DNA from: a virus | Direction: 5' to 3' (one strand) | DNA length: 64,000 bases | Virus record (IMG/VR): IMGVR_UViG_3300025133_000024 | Part shown: positions 1 through 8,900 of the stretch, piece after piece | Layout: the number at the start of each line of letters is the position of its first letter | Numbering within the stretch: the first letter of the stretch is position 1 | The notes under the pieces: model-generated | The model's database searches: none | The model's input: the letters and a program-made list of their open reading frames with translations, nothing else | What the model was told of the DNA's origin: nothing | Made by a program: the position numbers and the translations under genes

Positions 1-63
1 CATTTATATAATTTCCAATGTTATTTTTCAATTCAAAATAATTTAAACTATTAAATTTACAAA

Positions 64-70
64 TAAATAG
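64..70 (-). promoter_or_regulatory. candidate phage late promoter core CTATTTA for the gene beyond the left edge
   Basis: Minus strand AACTATTTAT just downstream of the 99-127 terminator; the same heptamer recurs in other intergenic gaps (14677, 21870; variant at 570). Inference. Confidence 0.4.
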
Positions 71-98
71 TTTTTTTTGTTTTAAAAGTTCGTTGAGT

Positions 99-127
99 AA
101 AAAAAAAAGGCCCCAAAAGGGGCCTTT
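99..127 (-). terminator. Rho-independent terminator
   Basis: Minus strand AAAGGCCCC-TTTT-GGGGCC followed by a 10-T run, about 30 nt after the stop of 159..551. Confidence 0.9.
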
Positions 128-158
128 CAAAGGTATCATTAATTGTTAATAACTAAGA

Positions 159-551
159 TTACATTAGATACCAGGAAGTAACACCAGAACCAGTAGAAAA
201 GAACATGTTGTTGTTATCGGTGTCAAGATAAAAATCACCTGCTTTTGAAGCGGAAACAGTGCCATCGGAATTACCGGAACCTGAATGCATTCTTCCGACT
301 TCTTGATGCCGATAATACTGAGAATCATGGTTGTGATATGAAGAAGCATCGCTACCATCAGTTAGAGTATCATGTTGTGCTTGAGTTAGGTGATAACGTT
401 GACCGGCAATACCACCTTGTTGGTTAATAAGGTCATTATGGCTAAAAAGTGTGGGAAGTTTAACCCAGGCAGAGCCATTGTAGATATAAACTTCATCTAA
501 ATTCTGAACGAAATATGTCTTAACTGATGAACCTATTTGTAACTTCGACAT
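159..551 (-). CDS. hypothetical virion protein with His-rich fibre-like segment
   Basis: 130 aa; HNDL..QGG...RYHLTQAQH..LTDGSDASSYHNHD and GDFYLDTD...W motifs resemble phage fibre/decoration segments; AAGGTGG RBS-like sequence upstream. Confidence 0.55.
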   Translation of the reverse strand: MSKLQIGSSVKTYFVQNLDEVYIYNGSAWVKLPTLFSHNDLINQQGGIAGQRYHLTQAQHDTLTDGSDASSYHNHDSQYYRHQEVGRMHSGSGNSDGTVSASKAGDFYLDTDNNNMFFSTGSGVTSWYLM

Positions 552-569
552 ACTCTGTTCGTTCCACCT

Positions 570-576
570 TAACTAG
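570..576 (-). promoter_or_regulatory. candidate late promoter variant CTAGTTA
   Basis: Lies in the 552-614 intergenic gap, 19 nt upstream of the 551 start; one mismatch to CTATTTA. Confidence 0.3.
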
Positions 577-614
577 ATATAATTCCCTCAAAAGACTTGA
601 GCCTTTATAAAAAT

Positions 615-1403
615 TTACTTTTCCCTATACTCTAATTTTAAACGTAGAATTTTACCGGCAATAGCGCTGTTATTGCCATTGAATATACTTAATGCAATAG
701 TCATATTATCCTGTTCAAAAGGTCTCGCTTTAGAACCTGCTGTTTCTGATAATTCATTTTGATTGTCATAAAAGGAAATGCCTCTCTGAATCATATCTTT
801 ATCATCAGGGAAACCACCACTATAAACTCCTGTTCTAAAATAAGCACCTTTATCAAAAAGTTCAATTTGCAGAACATCACCTGAGATACTATTTGTATCT
901 TCTGTGAAATATGTTCCAGATGAACCTCCATACATGCCCCATCTATCAGTTGGACCTGTGGTTTTCCCTCTTATCATTCCAATTATCATTTCTCCACCAG
1001 TTCCGGCATTTCTTTCAAAAACCGCCATAACTGTGTCCCAGTTTGTTGTTGAAGTAAAATCAAATTGAACTGTTAATTTGAGATAATGTTTCGAAATATC
1101 AAAAGAAGAAAATAAATTTGTGATGAGGGTTCTTAAAATGGGGCTTGTTCTTGTTCCATAATCAAAACTTGTAGAATTAGATGGAAGAGTCCATTCTAAC
1201 CCTGTACTTCCATCCAAACCCCATGTTGTGGCTTGTGCTGTATTAACAGCTTCCCATGTTTTTCCATCAATGGTTTTATTTCCATCACCTGAGATAAAAC
1301 TTTGAGAAACAGCCGATGTATAATTCGCTTCATATGCTGTTTGAAAGCCAGTAGTTGTGGAAGAACCTGTAGATGATGTTGAACCGTAATTATAACCACT
1401 CAT
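615..1403 (-). CDS. hypothetical structural protein (beta-rich, lectin-like composition)
   Basis: 262-aa ORF, S/T/G and aromatic rich; TAATG-coupled to the upstream gene. Confidence 0.5.
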   Translation of the reverse strand: MSGYNYGSTSSTGSSTTTGFQTAYEANYTSAVSQSFISGDGNKTIDGKTWEAVNTAQATTWGLDGSTGLEWTLPSNSTSFDYGTRTSPILRTLITNLFSSFDISKHYLKLTVQFDFTSTTNWDTVMAVFERNAGTGGEMIIGMIRGKTTGPTDRWGMYGGSSGTYFTEDTNSISGDVLQIELFDKGAYFRTGVYSGGFPDDKDMIQRGISFYDNQNELSETAGSKARPFEQDNMTIALSIFNGNNSAIAGKILRLKLEYREK

Positions 1404-1786
1404 TAAATGTTAATTCCTGAACCTGTAAGTTGATACATTCTATTTTTATCAATACGAGTTAATTCTGCATATACCTCAATACCAGTTCCACCAGAACTAG
1501 AATTAGATACATAAATCTCTCTACATTTAACATCATAAGTAAAACTTGAATTAGATGTTAATGTGATGTAATGATTATTGTCATATACAAGAGTGTTTGA
1601 TTTTGTATCAAAATGAACTCTGAGGGTGTTGCTTCCTGTGTTAAGGATTGTGATGCTTTTTGTTACAAAAGGAAATTCAAGTTTTACTTCTGTTCCAACA
1701 TCAATATATGAACCCGTTAACCAAGGATGCCCTGAAACTTGATATGATGCAGCATGTCCAATGCCTACTCCATGATGTGTACTCAT
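1403..1786 (-). CDS. hypothetical structural protein
   Basis: 127 aa, beta-rich (YQVSGHPW..GS; FPFVTKSITI); TAATG overlaps at both ends. Confidence 0.55.
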   Translation of the reverse strand: MSTHHGVGIGHAASYQVSGHPWLTGSYIDVGTEVKLEFPFVTKSITILNTGSNTLRVHFDTKSNTLVYDNNHYITLTSNSSFTYDVKCREIYVSNSSSGGTGIEVYAELTRIDKNRMYQLTGSGINI

Positions 1787-2196
1787 TATTTTACTCCAAT
1801 TTTATTTAAATTATATACCATTGCCTTCTTTATATCCTTGAATAAGAAAGTACAGAAAATAGACCAATCAGTGTTTGTCTTGATTGAGGCACCATCAGTA
1901 AAGTCTGTTTCTCCTCCATTATCATCTTTATATTTTATTTGTACGCCATTTGTTAGCTCGGTTAACGAACCATATCTTTCTGCTCTAAAAGTAGGTGAAT
2001 CTTTAATGTTTATTAGAATTCTTGACACTCTATAAATTGAGCCACTAGGAGGTTGAATATAAAAACGTTGAACTGCTGAGGAATAATCTTCGTTGGCGTT
2101 TTTTATTCCAATGCCGCTACCAGATGTATCAAGAAATCTAGAAAGTATGTATTTTTGTTCCCCTATGGGGTATTTTCTAAAATTTGCGTTGCTCAT
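1786..2196 (-). CDS. hypothetical protein
   Basis: 136-aa ORF tiling between its neighbours. Confidence 0.55.
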   Translation of the reverse strand: MSNANFRKYPIGEQKYILSRFLDTSGSGIGIKNANEDYSSAVQRFYIQPPSGSIYRVSRILINIKDSPTFRAERYGSLTELTNGVQIKYKDDNGGETDFTDGASIKTNTDWSIFCTFLFKDIKKAMVYNLNKIGVK

Positions 2197-2197
2197 T

Positions 2198-2872
2198 TTA
2201 TGCGAAAGGTCTTGCTAGAATCCAATACCTTTTCTTTCCTTTGTTATTTGTTTTGTTCTTGAACCAGTAATCATAACCGGCTCCTTCTGCTAATGGTGAG
2301 GCAGCCCATGTATCAAGTGCTTTTTTATTATAAATTTCTATATGTGGGTTGGGAGCAACCAAGAACCAATGATGTGGTAATTCACCTTCATACCCAATAA
2401 CACCAACATCACCTTCTTGAGCAATATTTGGGTCTGTAAATAAACCCTTCGCCCAACCTAACTTAACAAATGCCTGAGCAATTCCATTTGAATTTAACAA
2501 GGACACGGTCTTTAAAGTCCCAATTTCTTTTTTTGTTATTTCTTTTTCCAAACCAAGTTCTTTAAACGCATGAATAATACACCAAAAAGTCGTCCCCAAA
2601 CAAGCCACCGGAATATTTTCACCTTCCCTCAGTGACTTCCCTTCATCAGGTTCAGCCGGATAACACCAAAGAACACGTCTTCCATTCCATAAAACATCTG
2701 TGCCTTTATCCTCAGAGTTGTCAGGTTGATATGATGTTATTGGTTGTGGGCATCCATGGTCATCATCCAAACTTCTTGTCGAATATTCAGTTTTGTCAGC
2801 CAAATGTTCGTCACAATAATCTTGAATTTTTACTAAAGCTTTCTGCCACTCTTCATTACTTATTTTTAGCAT
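2198..2872 (-). CDS. putative papain-like/NlpC-P60-fold Cys-His hydrolase (possible peptidoglycan amidase)
   Basis: Cys heading a helix (VACLGTTFW), then GDVGVIG..PHHWFLV and a distal TWAAS strand, which is the order seen in NlpC/P60/CHAP-like enzymes. Confidence 0.45.
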   Translation of the reverse strand: MLKISNEEWQKALVKIQDYCDEHLADKTEYSTRSLDDDHGCPQPITSYQPDNSEDKGTDVLWNGRRVLWCYPAEPDEGKSLREGENIPVACLGTTFWCIIHAFKELGLEKEITKKEIGTLKTVSLLNSNGIAQAFVKLGWAKGLFTDPNIAQEGDVGVIGYEGELPHHWFLVAPNPHIEIYNKKALDTWAASPLAEGAGYDYWFKNKTNNKGKKRYWILARPFA

Positions 2873-3059
2873 TTTCTTTTTTCCTTAAATGTCTAACTTT
2901 TTCTTTATGTTTTCTTTTCTTCTCAGAAGGTTTAACAAAATATCTCCTTTCCAGAAATTCCTTGATTACGCCTGCTTTGGACACTTTCTTTTTGAACCTC
3001 TTGAGTAACTTCTCTTGAGACTCACCCCTTTTCAATTTTACTTCTGCATTAACAGACAT
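2856..3059 (-). CDS. rpsU: ribosomal protein bS21
   Basis: 67 aa, basic; VKLKRGESQEKLLKRFKKKVSKAGVIKEFLERRYFVKPSEKKR matches the S21 signature (ES....LKRFK+.....G...E...R.Y..KPS). Confidence 0.92.
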   Translation of the reverse strand: MSVNAEVKLKRGESQEKLLKRFKKKVSKAGVIKEFLERRYFVKPSEKKRKHKEKVRHLRKKENAKNK

Positions 3060-3062
3060 TTT

Positions 3063-3296
3063 CTATCCTTTTATTAATTTGATTCTAATATTTCTATTTT
3101 CCGATAACATTTCTCGATTCAATATCTTCATTTTTAATATAGGTATTAAAGAACGGAACTTATCTCTTCTTTTGCGAAGAAGTTTTCCACTACGAACCGA
3201 AGAATCACCTACAAAAATAGAGTTTGAAATTAAAGAAGCAACCATACTTTCTTTTTCTTCATTTGATAAATCAAGGGAGGTTGTCTTTTTTTTCAT
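3063..3296 (-). CDS. hypothetical protein
   Basis: 77-aa basic ORF tiling the gap. Confidence 0.6.
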   Translation of the reverse strand: MKKKTTSLDLSNEEKESMVASLISNSIFVGDSSVRSGKLLRKRRDKFRSLIPILKMKILNREMLSENRNIRIKLIKG

Positions 3297-3299
3297 TTT

Positions 3300-3683
3300 T
3301 TATTTCCCAAAAAACATGCTAATGTCAATACCCGCATCATTTGGGTCCATTCCTAAAGGCGGCAATGAACTACCCTCAGACACCTTATCCACCGTTGCAT
3401 TAGGATGAACGTAATTTTTGTTACTTACATTCAGCCCTTCAAATACATTGACCCCGTTATACATGTTTTTAGAGAGTTCAGCGAGATTCTGCTTCTTTAG
3501 TGAAGGTTCGGTCGAAGAAGGAATTTGCGTTGATTCTTGGATGGCTGAGGAGGGAATATTTCGATTTAATCCTTTCATTGTTTCTGAGATGATGTTTGAT
3601 AGGATTTTTCCTTCTAAAAGGACTTCTTTGATGCATTCTTCAATTATTGGCTTTACAAGTTTTTTAAATTCGCTTTTTTTCAT
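3300..3683 (-). CDS. hypothetical head-region protein with IIEE/LLE leader
   Basis: N-terminus MKKSEFKKLVKPIIEECIKEVLLEG; next to the prohead protease. Confidence 0.7.
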   Translation of the reverse strand: MKKSEFKKLVKPIIEECIKEVLLEGKILSNIISETMKGLNRNIPSSAIQESTQIPSSTEPSLKKQNLAELSKNMYNGVNVFEGLNVSNKNYVHPNATVDKVSEGSSLPPLGMDPNDAGIDISMFFGK

Positions 3684-3684
3684 T

Positions 3685-4293
3685 TTATTTTACAATTTTT
3701 TCCATAAGTCCAAAAATTCGACTTAATTTATCACTAGTTTTTGTTGTTTGGATTTCTTTATATTCTTTAACAAGGAAAGCATTGGTTGTGGAAGGTTCTT
3801 GAACAATATCAAAACAAATCAGTTGATAATCATCTTCTACAAGCATTTTCCCGTTTTCTTCTCTTAGAGAACCAACACCCCTAGAGGAAATTCCTAACTT
3901 TACTCCGTCATTAATTAGAGTTTTAATGATATGTCCTGAGGGAGTGTTAAGAATTCTTAATTTCCCCATGACATTGTTTCCTTCCCACCAAACCTTTTCG
4001 ACCAAATGAGAAACATTTTTGAGGTTTACGACGGCTTCATCCCGGTGGTCCAATTCCCCTAATGCACGGGCTTCTTGAACCAATTGAAGGTATTTTTCCA
4101 TTTCTCTTTCAAGGGTTTCTTTTGGATATACTCTATTGTTGCCATTAACAGTCTCAGCAGCTTGAATAACACCTGTTAGGTAAACAGCATCATTTTCTTT
4201 TACATTGATTTTATCTTGTTCTGATAAATTATCTTTGCAAATACCATTTGGACACAATGCAAAGAATTCTCGAATTAATACTTTATTGGACAT
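3685..4293 (-). CDS. prohead core protease (T4 gp21-like)
   Basis: NGNNRVYP, ALGELDH, VSH, GISSRGVGSL and FDIVQEPST are gp21/S77 family motifs. Confidence 0.93.
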   Translation of the reverse strand: MSNKVLIREFFALCPNGICKDNLSEQDKINVKENDAVYLTGVIQAAETVNGNNRVYPKETLEREMEKYLQLVQEARALGELDHRDEAVVNLKNVSHLVEKVWWEGNNVMGKLRILNTPSGHIIKTLINDGVKLGISSRGVGSLREENGKMLVEDDYQLICFDIVQEPSTTNAFLVKEYKEIQTTKTSDKLSRIFGLMEKIVK

Positions 4294-4643
4294 TATTTAA
4301 TATCTCTTTCGTCTATGATTTGGAAATGCTCTCCGATTTTTTTTAATTTAACGTTTTCTAGATTTAAAGAAAAATTAAATCCATCTTTTGTAAATAAGGA
4401 GCATAGTAAAAAACTTGAGCAAGAACTTAATCCACCTAGTAAAAGACCTGTAATTGGATTATAATCAAAAGTGAATAATGTTGTGTATGTGTTTAATGAC
4501 CATAATAAAATACCAACATAAAAACCAACACACATTGGACAAGTGAAGAAATATTTTTTTGGTCTAATTTTATCGAAGATTTTACCCTTGGATAAGATTT
4601 GTGTTAAACCATATGAACAGAATATAAAGTATAATAGTTCCAT
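4293..4643 (-). CDS. membrane protein, DUF1360-like
   Basis: Hydrophobic segments around CPMCVGFYVG. Confidence 0.55.
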   Translation of the reverse strand: MELLYFIFCSYGLTQILSKGKIFDKIRPKKYFFTCPMCVGFYVGILLWSLNTYTTLFTFDYNPITGLLLGGLSSCSSFLLCSLFTKDGFNFSLNLENVKLKKIGEHFQIIDERDIK

Positions 4644-4669
4644 TTTAAACTTACCTAATGATGTTTATG

Positions 4670-5191
4670 TTAAAAAGATGCACCAAAGCTGCCACCATAA
4701 TTGTGAGGTCGATGTTTTCTAGGGATTGCACCTTTAAATTCTTTATGGGGCACTTTACCAAGTTCAGTAGTTTCATCTTCATCTGGAGAAGAGTATCTTT
4801 GGTTAACTTCTTTGTGGTAATCTTCTTCTGCTTTAAAATATTCTTTTTCTTGTTCTAAAAATTCAGCGATGTTCATCAACACCATATCTATAGCATTAAT
4901 ATCAGACTTAGAAATTGCTATGGACGCTTCTAAAGAATAATAAATTGAACCACCTTGAATAGTATCAGGAGGAATCAAGCCTCTTTTTACAAGAAAATCA
5001 AAGAGAATGTCTTGTGAACCATAAATGTATTCATTCATTTCTCTCTTTGGAAATGTAACAATCTTGTTCTTTTCAGGAATTATAACAATATCAATATCAG
5101 GATGGTCCCGAACAAAAATTCTACCATCAATTGTTTGATAAATTTTTAAGTCATAATTTATTGACTCGAATCTTTTAATTGTTAACTTCAT
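4670..5191 (-). CDS. hypothetical protein
   Basis: 173-aa ORF in the head cluster. Confidence 0.7.
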   Translation of the reverse strand: MKLTIKRFESINYDLKIYQTIDGRIFVRDHPDIDIVIIPEKNKIVTFPKREMNEYIYGSQDILFDFLVKRGLIPPDTIQGGSIYYSLEASIAISKSDINAIDMVLMNIAEFLEQEKEYFKAEEDYHKEVNQRYSSPDEDETTELGKVPHKEFKGAIPRKHRPHNYGGSFGASF

Positions 5192-5999
5192 TTTGACATT
5201 CTTTTATTAACTCATAAACATTACTAATTTTAAGAATCAACTCTTTATCGATTGCTTCTGTTTTAAACTCTTTTAATGTTGTATGAACAGTGTTTAATTG
5301 ATTTTTTAACAATTCATTTTCTTTAATGAATTTATAGGATTTTATTTTTATAATATCTTGCTCTATATTTGGAATCTCTTCATTAAGATAAGATTTTAAT
5401 GACAACTGATTGTCTGAGAAAGAGTTAATATATTCTTTTATCAAGATACTTTGTTTTTTAGTGAAATTTTGATACTTTTTGTTATATCTCTCAACAAACC
5501 TTCCCATAACAAGATTATCAACAGGCTTTAATTTTTCCTTCTCTTGATTTTTTGCACACATTTGCTCAAATAGGAAATTTTCCATGATTATCTTCTTTTT
5601 GATGTTAAGGCCATCTTTGAACAAAGAAGAGATTGTTGCAAGACTTTTATAATTTGGAACAAAGTTGTTATAAAATCTCTTATCAAGGATTTTGTTAATA
5701 TCTTTTATTAACTCACTTTGTTTTTCAAATAAGACTTTGTTGTCAAATGTTTTATAAACCTTGATTGACTCTTTTAATATTCTTTGAGCATCCTCTAGGA
5801 GGATATTTTGAGTTTCATAGATGTTTTTGTATAGTTCATATTCTTTTCCAAGAATATTATTTTTGCTAAAATGAGTTTTTAAAATTTTAACAATATTACT
5901 TTTCTTTTTCTGGTTTTTCTCAAAAATACTTTTGGACAATTCAATGACCAAAGATTCAAAAAGAAAAGCAACATTCCTTTTTTTATTATGTTTTATCAT
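5175..5999 (-). CDS. hypothetical head-cluster protein (helical)
   Basis: 274 aa, starts IKHNKKRNVAFLFESLV; directly downstream of the portal gene. Confidence 0.7.
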   Translation of the reverse strand: MIKHNKKRNVAFLFESLVIELSKSIFEKNQKKKSNIVKILKTHFSKNNILGKEYELYKNIYETQNILLEDAQRILKESIKVYKTFDNKVLFEKQSELIKDINKILDKRFYNNFVPNYKSLATISSLFKDGLNIKKKIIMENFLFEQMCAKNQEKEKLKPVDNLVMGRFVERYNKKYQNFTKKQSILIKEYINSFSDNQLSLKSYLNEEIPNIEQDIIKIKSYKFIKENELLKNQLNTVHTTLKEFKTEAIDKELILKISNVYELIKECQNEVNN

Positions 6000-8900
6000 T
6001 ATTGCCCTTTTCCTCTTTTAGGAATTCTTCTCTATCTTCTAGAACTTTAACAATAGATTTTAATCCTTCGTTAATAACTACAATATCACCCTCGGTTTTA
6101 TCGTTTTCTTCAAAAATTCCTTTACCCAAAGAAGTTAAACCAAACAAATCTTTACCAACTTGAGATGACCTGCCCCTTTTTGTATTCTTAGAAGACTCCT
6201 TAGAATACAAGGATTGCATCTGTTTTTTTCTAGCTCCTGTTTGCCTTCCATCATACTTCTCAGGACTATAAAACTTACCTTTTGAACCTGGAGTTGTATA
6301 TGAACCATCTCTTGTATTGATTTTTACTTTTTTTGGCTCCGGCTTTAATTCATCATTTCTCTTCCCAGGTTCCATTGGTTGTGCTAATAATGATGGAGCA
6401 TCCTCTTCACCTGAGGGAACATCCATTTCTGGACCTTCACCACCTGGAGGTTCAATTGGAATTTCCATATCACCTCCTTCACCACCAAATGATTCTTCTC
6501 CACCCATCAATCCACTTGCGCCAGGACCAAAACCTCCATCTTCCATCTGAGCGCCAGCAAAAACAGATTCAAGAGACATATCAAACTTTTTATCACTAAA
6601 GATTTCTCTTTGGTTTTGAATAAACTCATTTTCAGACAATCCAAAGATTTTTGTGGCAACCCAACGCTTACTGAAAAATCCTTCAGTTGCAGCCGATGCT
6701 ACATCAAATTTTGTTCTCCAGTGTTCTAGTTCTTGTAATTCTGCAATTTTTGATGGATTTGCTAAGTCATATTTAAAAGATAATAAATCATCATCTCTGA
6801 AGCCTAATGTGTAAAGATGTACAATACTCATTTTCTCCAATTCATTAATAACAGATAATTGCAATCTTTGAATGGTCCTTGCAAAACGAACATCTTTTTG
6901 AGCTAATGTGCTTCTATCTTCAAATCCACCATCTTCTCCACCCATCAAATACGCCTTCGGAATTTTAATGGCTGCAAATAATTTATTCTGAAGATATTTT
7001 ACATCATCAATGTCACCTGTGTAAGTTCCACCAGCTAATGATTCAATTCTTGTAGCGTTGTTTTGCCCCCTGGTTGCGATGTAATAGTCGTCTTCAACGG
7101 AATTTCTAACAAACACTCCTGATTTAGCCATTTTGCCTTCAATTAACTCGACATTATAACCAGATGTAGGAAATACTCTTGTAGAGCTATCAATTGTAAC
7201 ACCATAAGCATCACATCTCTCTTCAACCAACTTAACAGAAACAACTTTATGATTAATTATTGGATTTTTAGTGAATTTTTTACTTGGTTGCCCAACAAGA
7301 GACTTTGAATAACATTCATGAGTGCAATATTTTCTGTTTTTATCTCTAATTGTTCCAATAAATTTTTTATTACATTGTTTACAAGACCATTCAAGTTCTT
7401 GATAATAACCACCACCTAAAAATCTATTATCAAAACGCTCATTATCAAAATCATGGTTTTTTAAAAGTCGATTAAATTCTTGCTTTGTTAAGTTAAAATG
7501 TTTGTATACCTGTTTTCTAGATTTAACAAGATTAGTATCGCAATATTCAACAAGTATATTCCAAGGAACTCTCATTGAAATATAAAAATCCTTAACCTTA
7601 GTCAAAGAACCAAAATTGTTTTTTCTCAATTGCTTTAATAAAGCTTGTTTGTCAATTGAATCAATTGTTCCATTTTTGAAATCAGGATTCAATTCTTTCA
7701 AGTATTTAATAAAGTTAACATTTTCATTCAAATAATTAATTATTTGATGATTCTTTGCATTCGAGCCTAATTCATTCAATGATTCAAAAATATAATAAAT
7801 TATACTAGAATCTGTTTTAAGTGTTAATTTATCAACTCTCTTCTTTCGAACTTCTGGATTTTTCCAAAGCTCTGTCGCATGCTCTTTAAAATTATTGTGC
7901 GCTTTTCTAGTTTTTGCCAAAGTTTCCCTAGATTTTTGCCTTCCTTCTGGGGATTTAGCATATTTTAATAAATTTTCAACTAACTCTTTGTGGGCCTTCA
8001 TATGTTCACTTTGTGTCATTAGTTGTAAATTTGTTGGTCTATTATCAAATTTAACATGATTTCTATGGTGAACAATATAAGGCCACTTATATTTCCCCTC
8101 CATATGTTCCATTACAAGTTTGTGACAACTTTCTCTTTTATTTGACAAAGGATTGTAAATTTGAGTGTAAAAATTGTCTTTGTTCGAATATTTCTTTAAC
8201 CTATTGTTTTTCGAACAATAATATGGCATCAATGAATCACCAATTTTTAAATTTTCTGCTTCAATTAAAGTACCATCTCTCAACATCCACTTATGCTCAG
8301 GAGTTGTTTTTATTTTTTGACCATCATCTAATTCAACTTCTATAAATTGAGCATTCTGTTGAGTCTGTCCTGCCCACAATATTTTTGCAGGAATGGGCTT
8401 ATGTTCCTCGTTTAATGACCAAGTATAAAACTCTTCACCCTCTGACCACTCCTCAGATAATTGTTTAAATGTTTTTCTAGAACCGTCCAAAAGCTCGATG
8501 GTATCGAAGGGATAGTGTGATAAAGGGTTATATCTATAATCCACCTTACCTGTTGTGGTATCGACAATTTGATTCTTTCTTAACTCTGCTTGAAACTTCA
8601 ACATATATTGCTCGACTTCATCTGGAGCAATATTTCCAACATCAACGTAAAATACACGCCTCTCCGAACTCCTGACAACTCGATAGCTCATCATTGCATC
8701 TTCCAAAAGTGTCAACTGCCTAAATATACGTCTAGCAGGTTCGAATATTGAACTACCATAGGGCGCATATCTATCATCACCAAGAATTCTAAAGTGAGAG
8801 ACTTGCCAGGGTTCAAAAGTCATTCCGGCAGAGTTCCATTGATATTGTGTATAATTTGGATTTGTTAAGTCTTGCCCTTCTATTCGTTCAACTTCTCTTG

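Noticed and set aside
587-601. CTCAA/TTGAG hairpin in an intergenic gap
   Set aside because: The stem is only 5 bp and there is no U-tract.
1786-2196. Possible truncation or frameshift of the 136-aa gene
   Set aside because: Its stop forms a TAATG junction with the next gene, leaving no room for a continuation.
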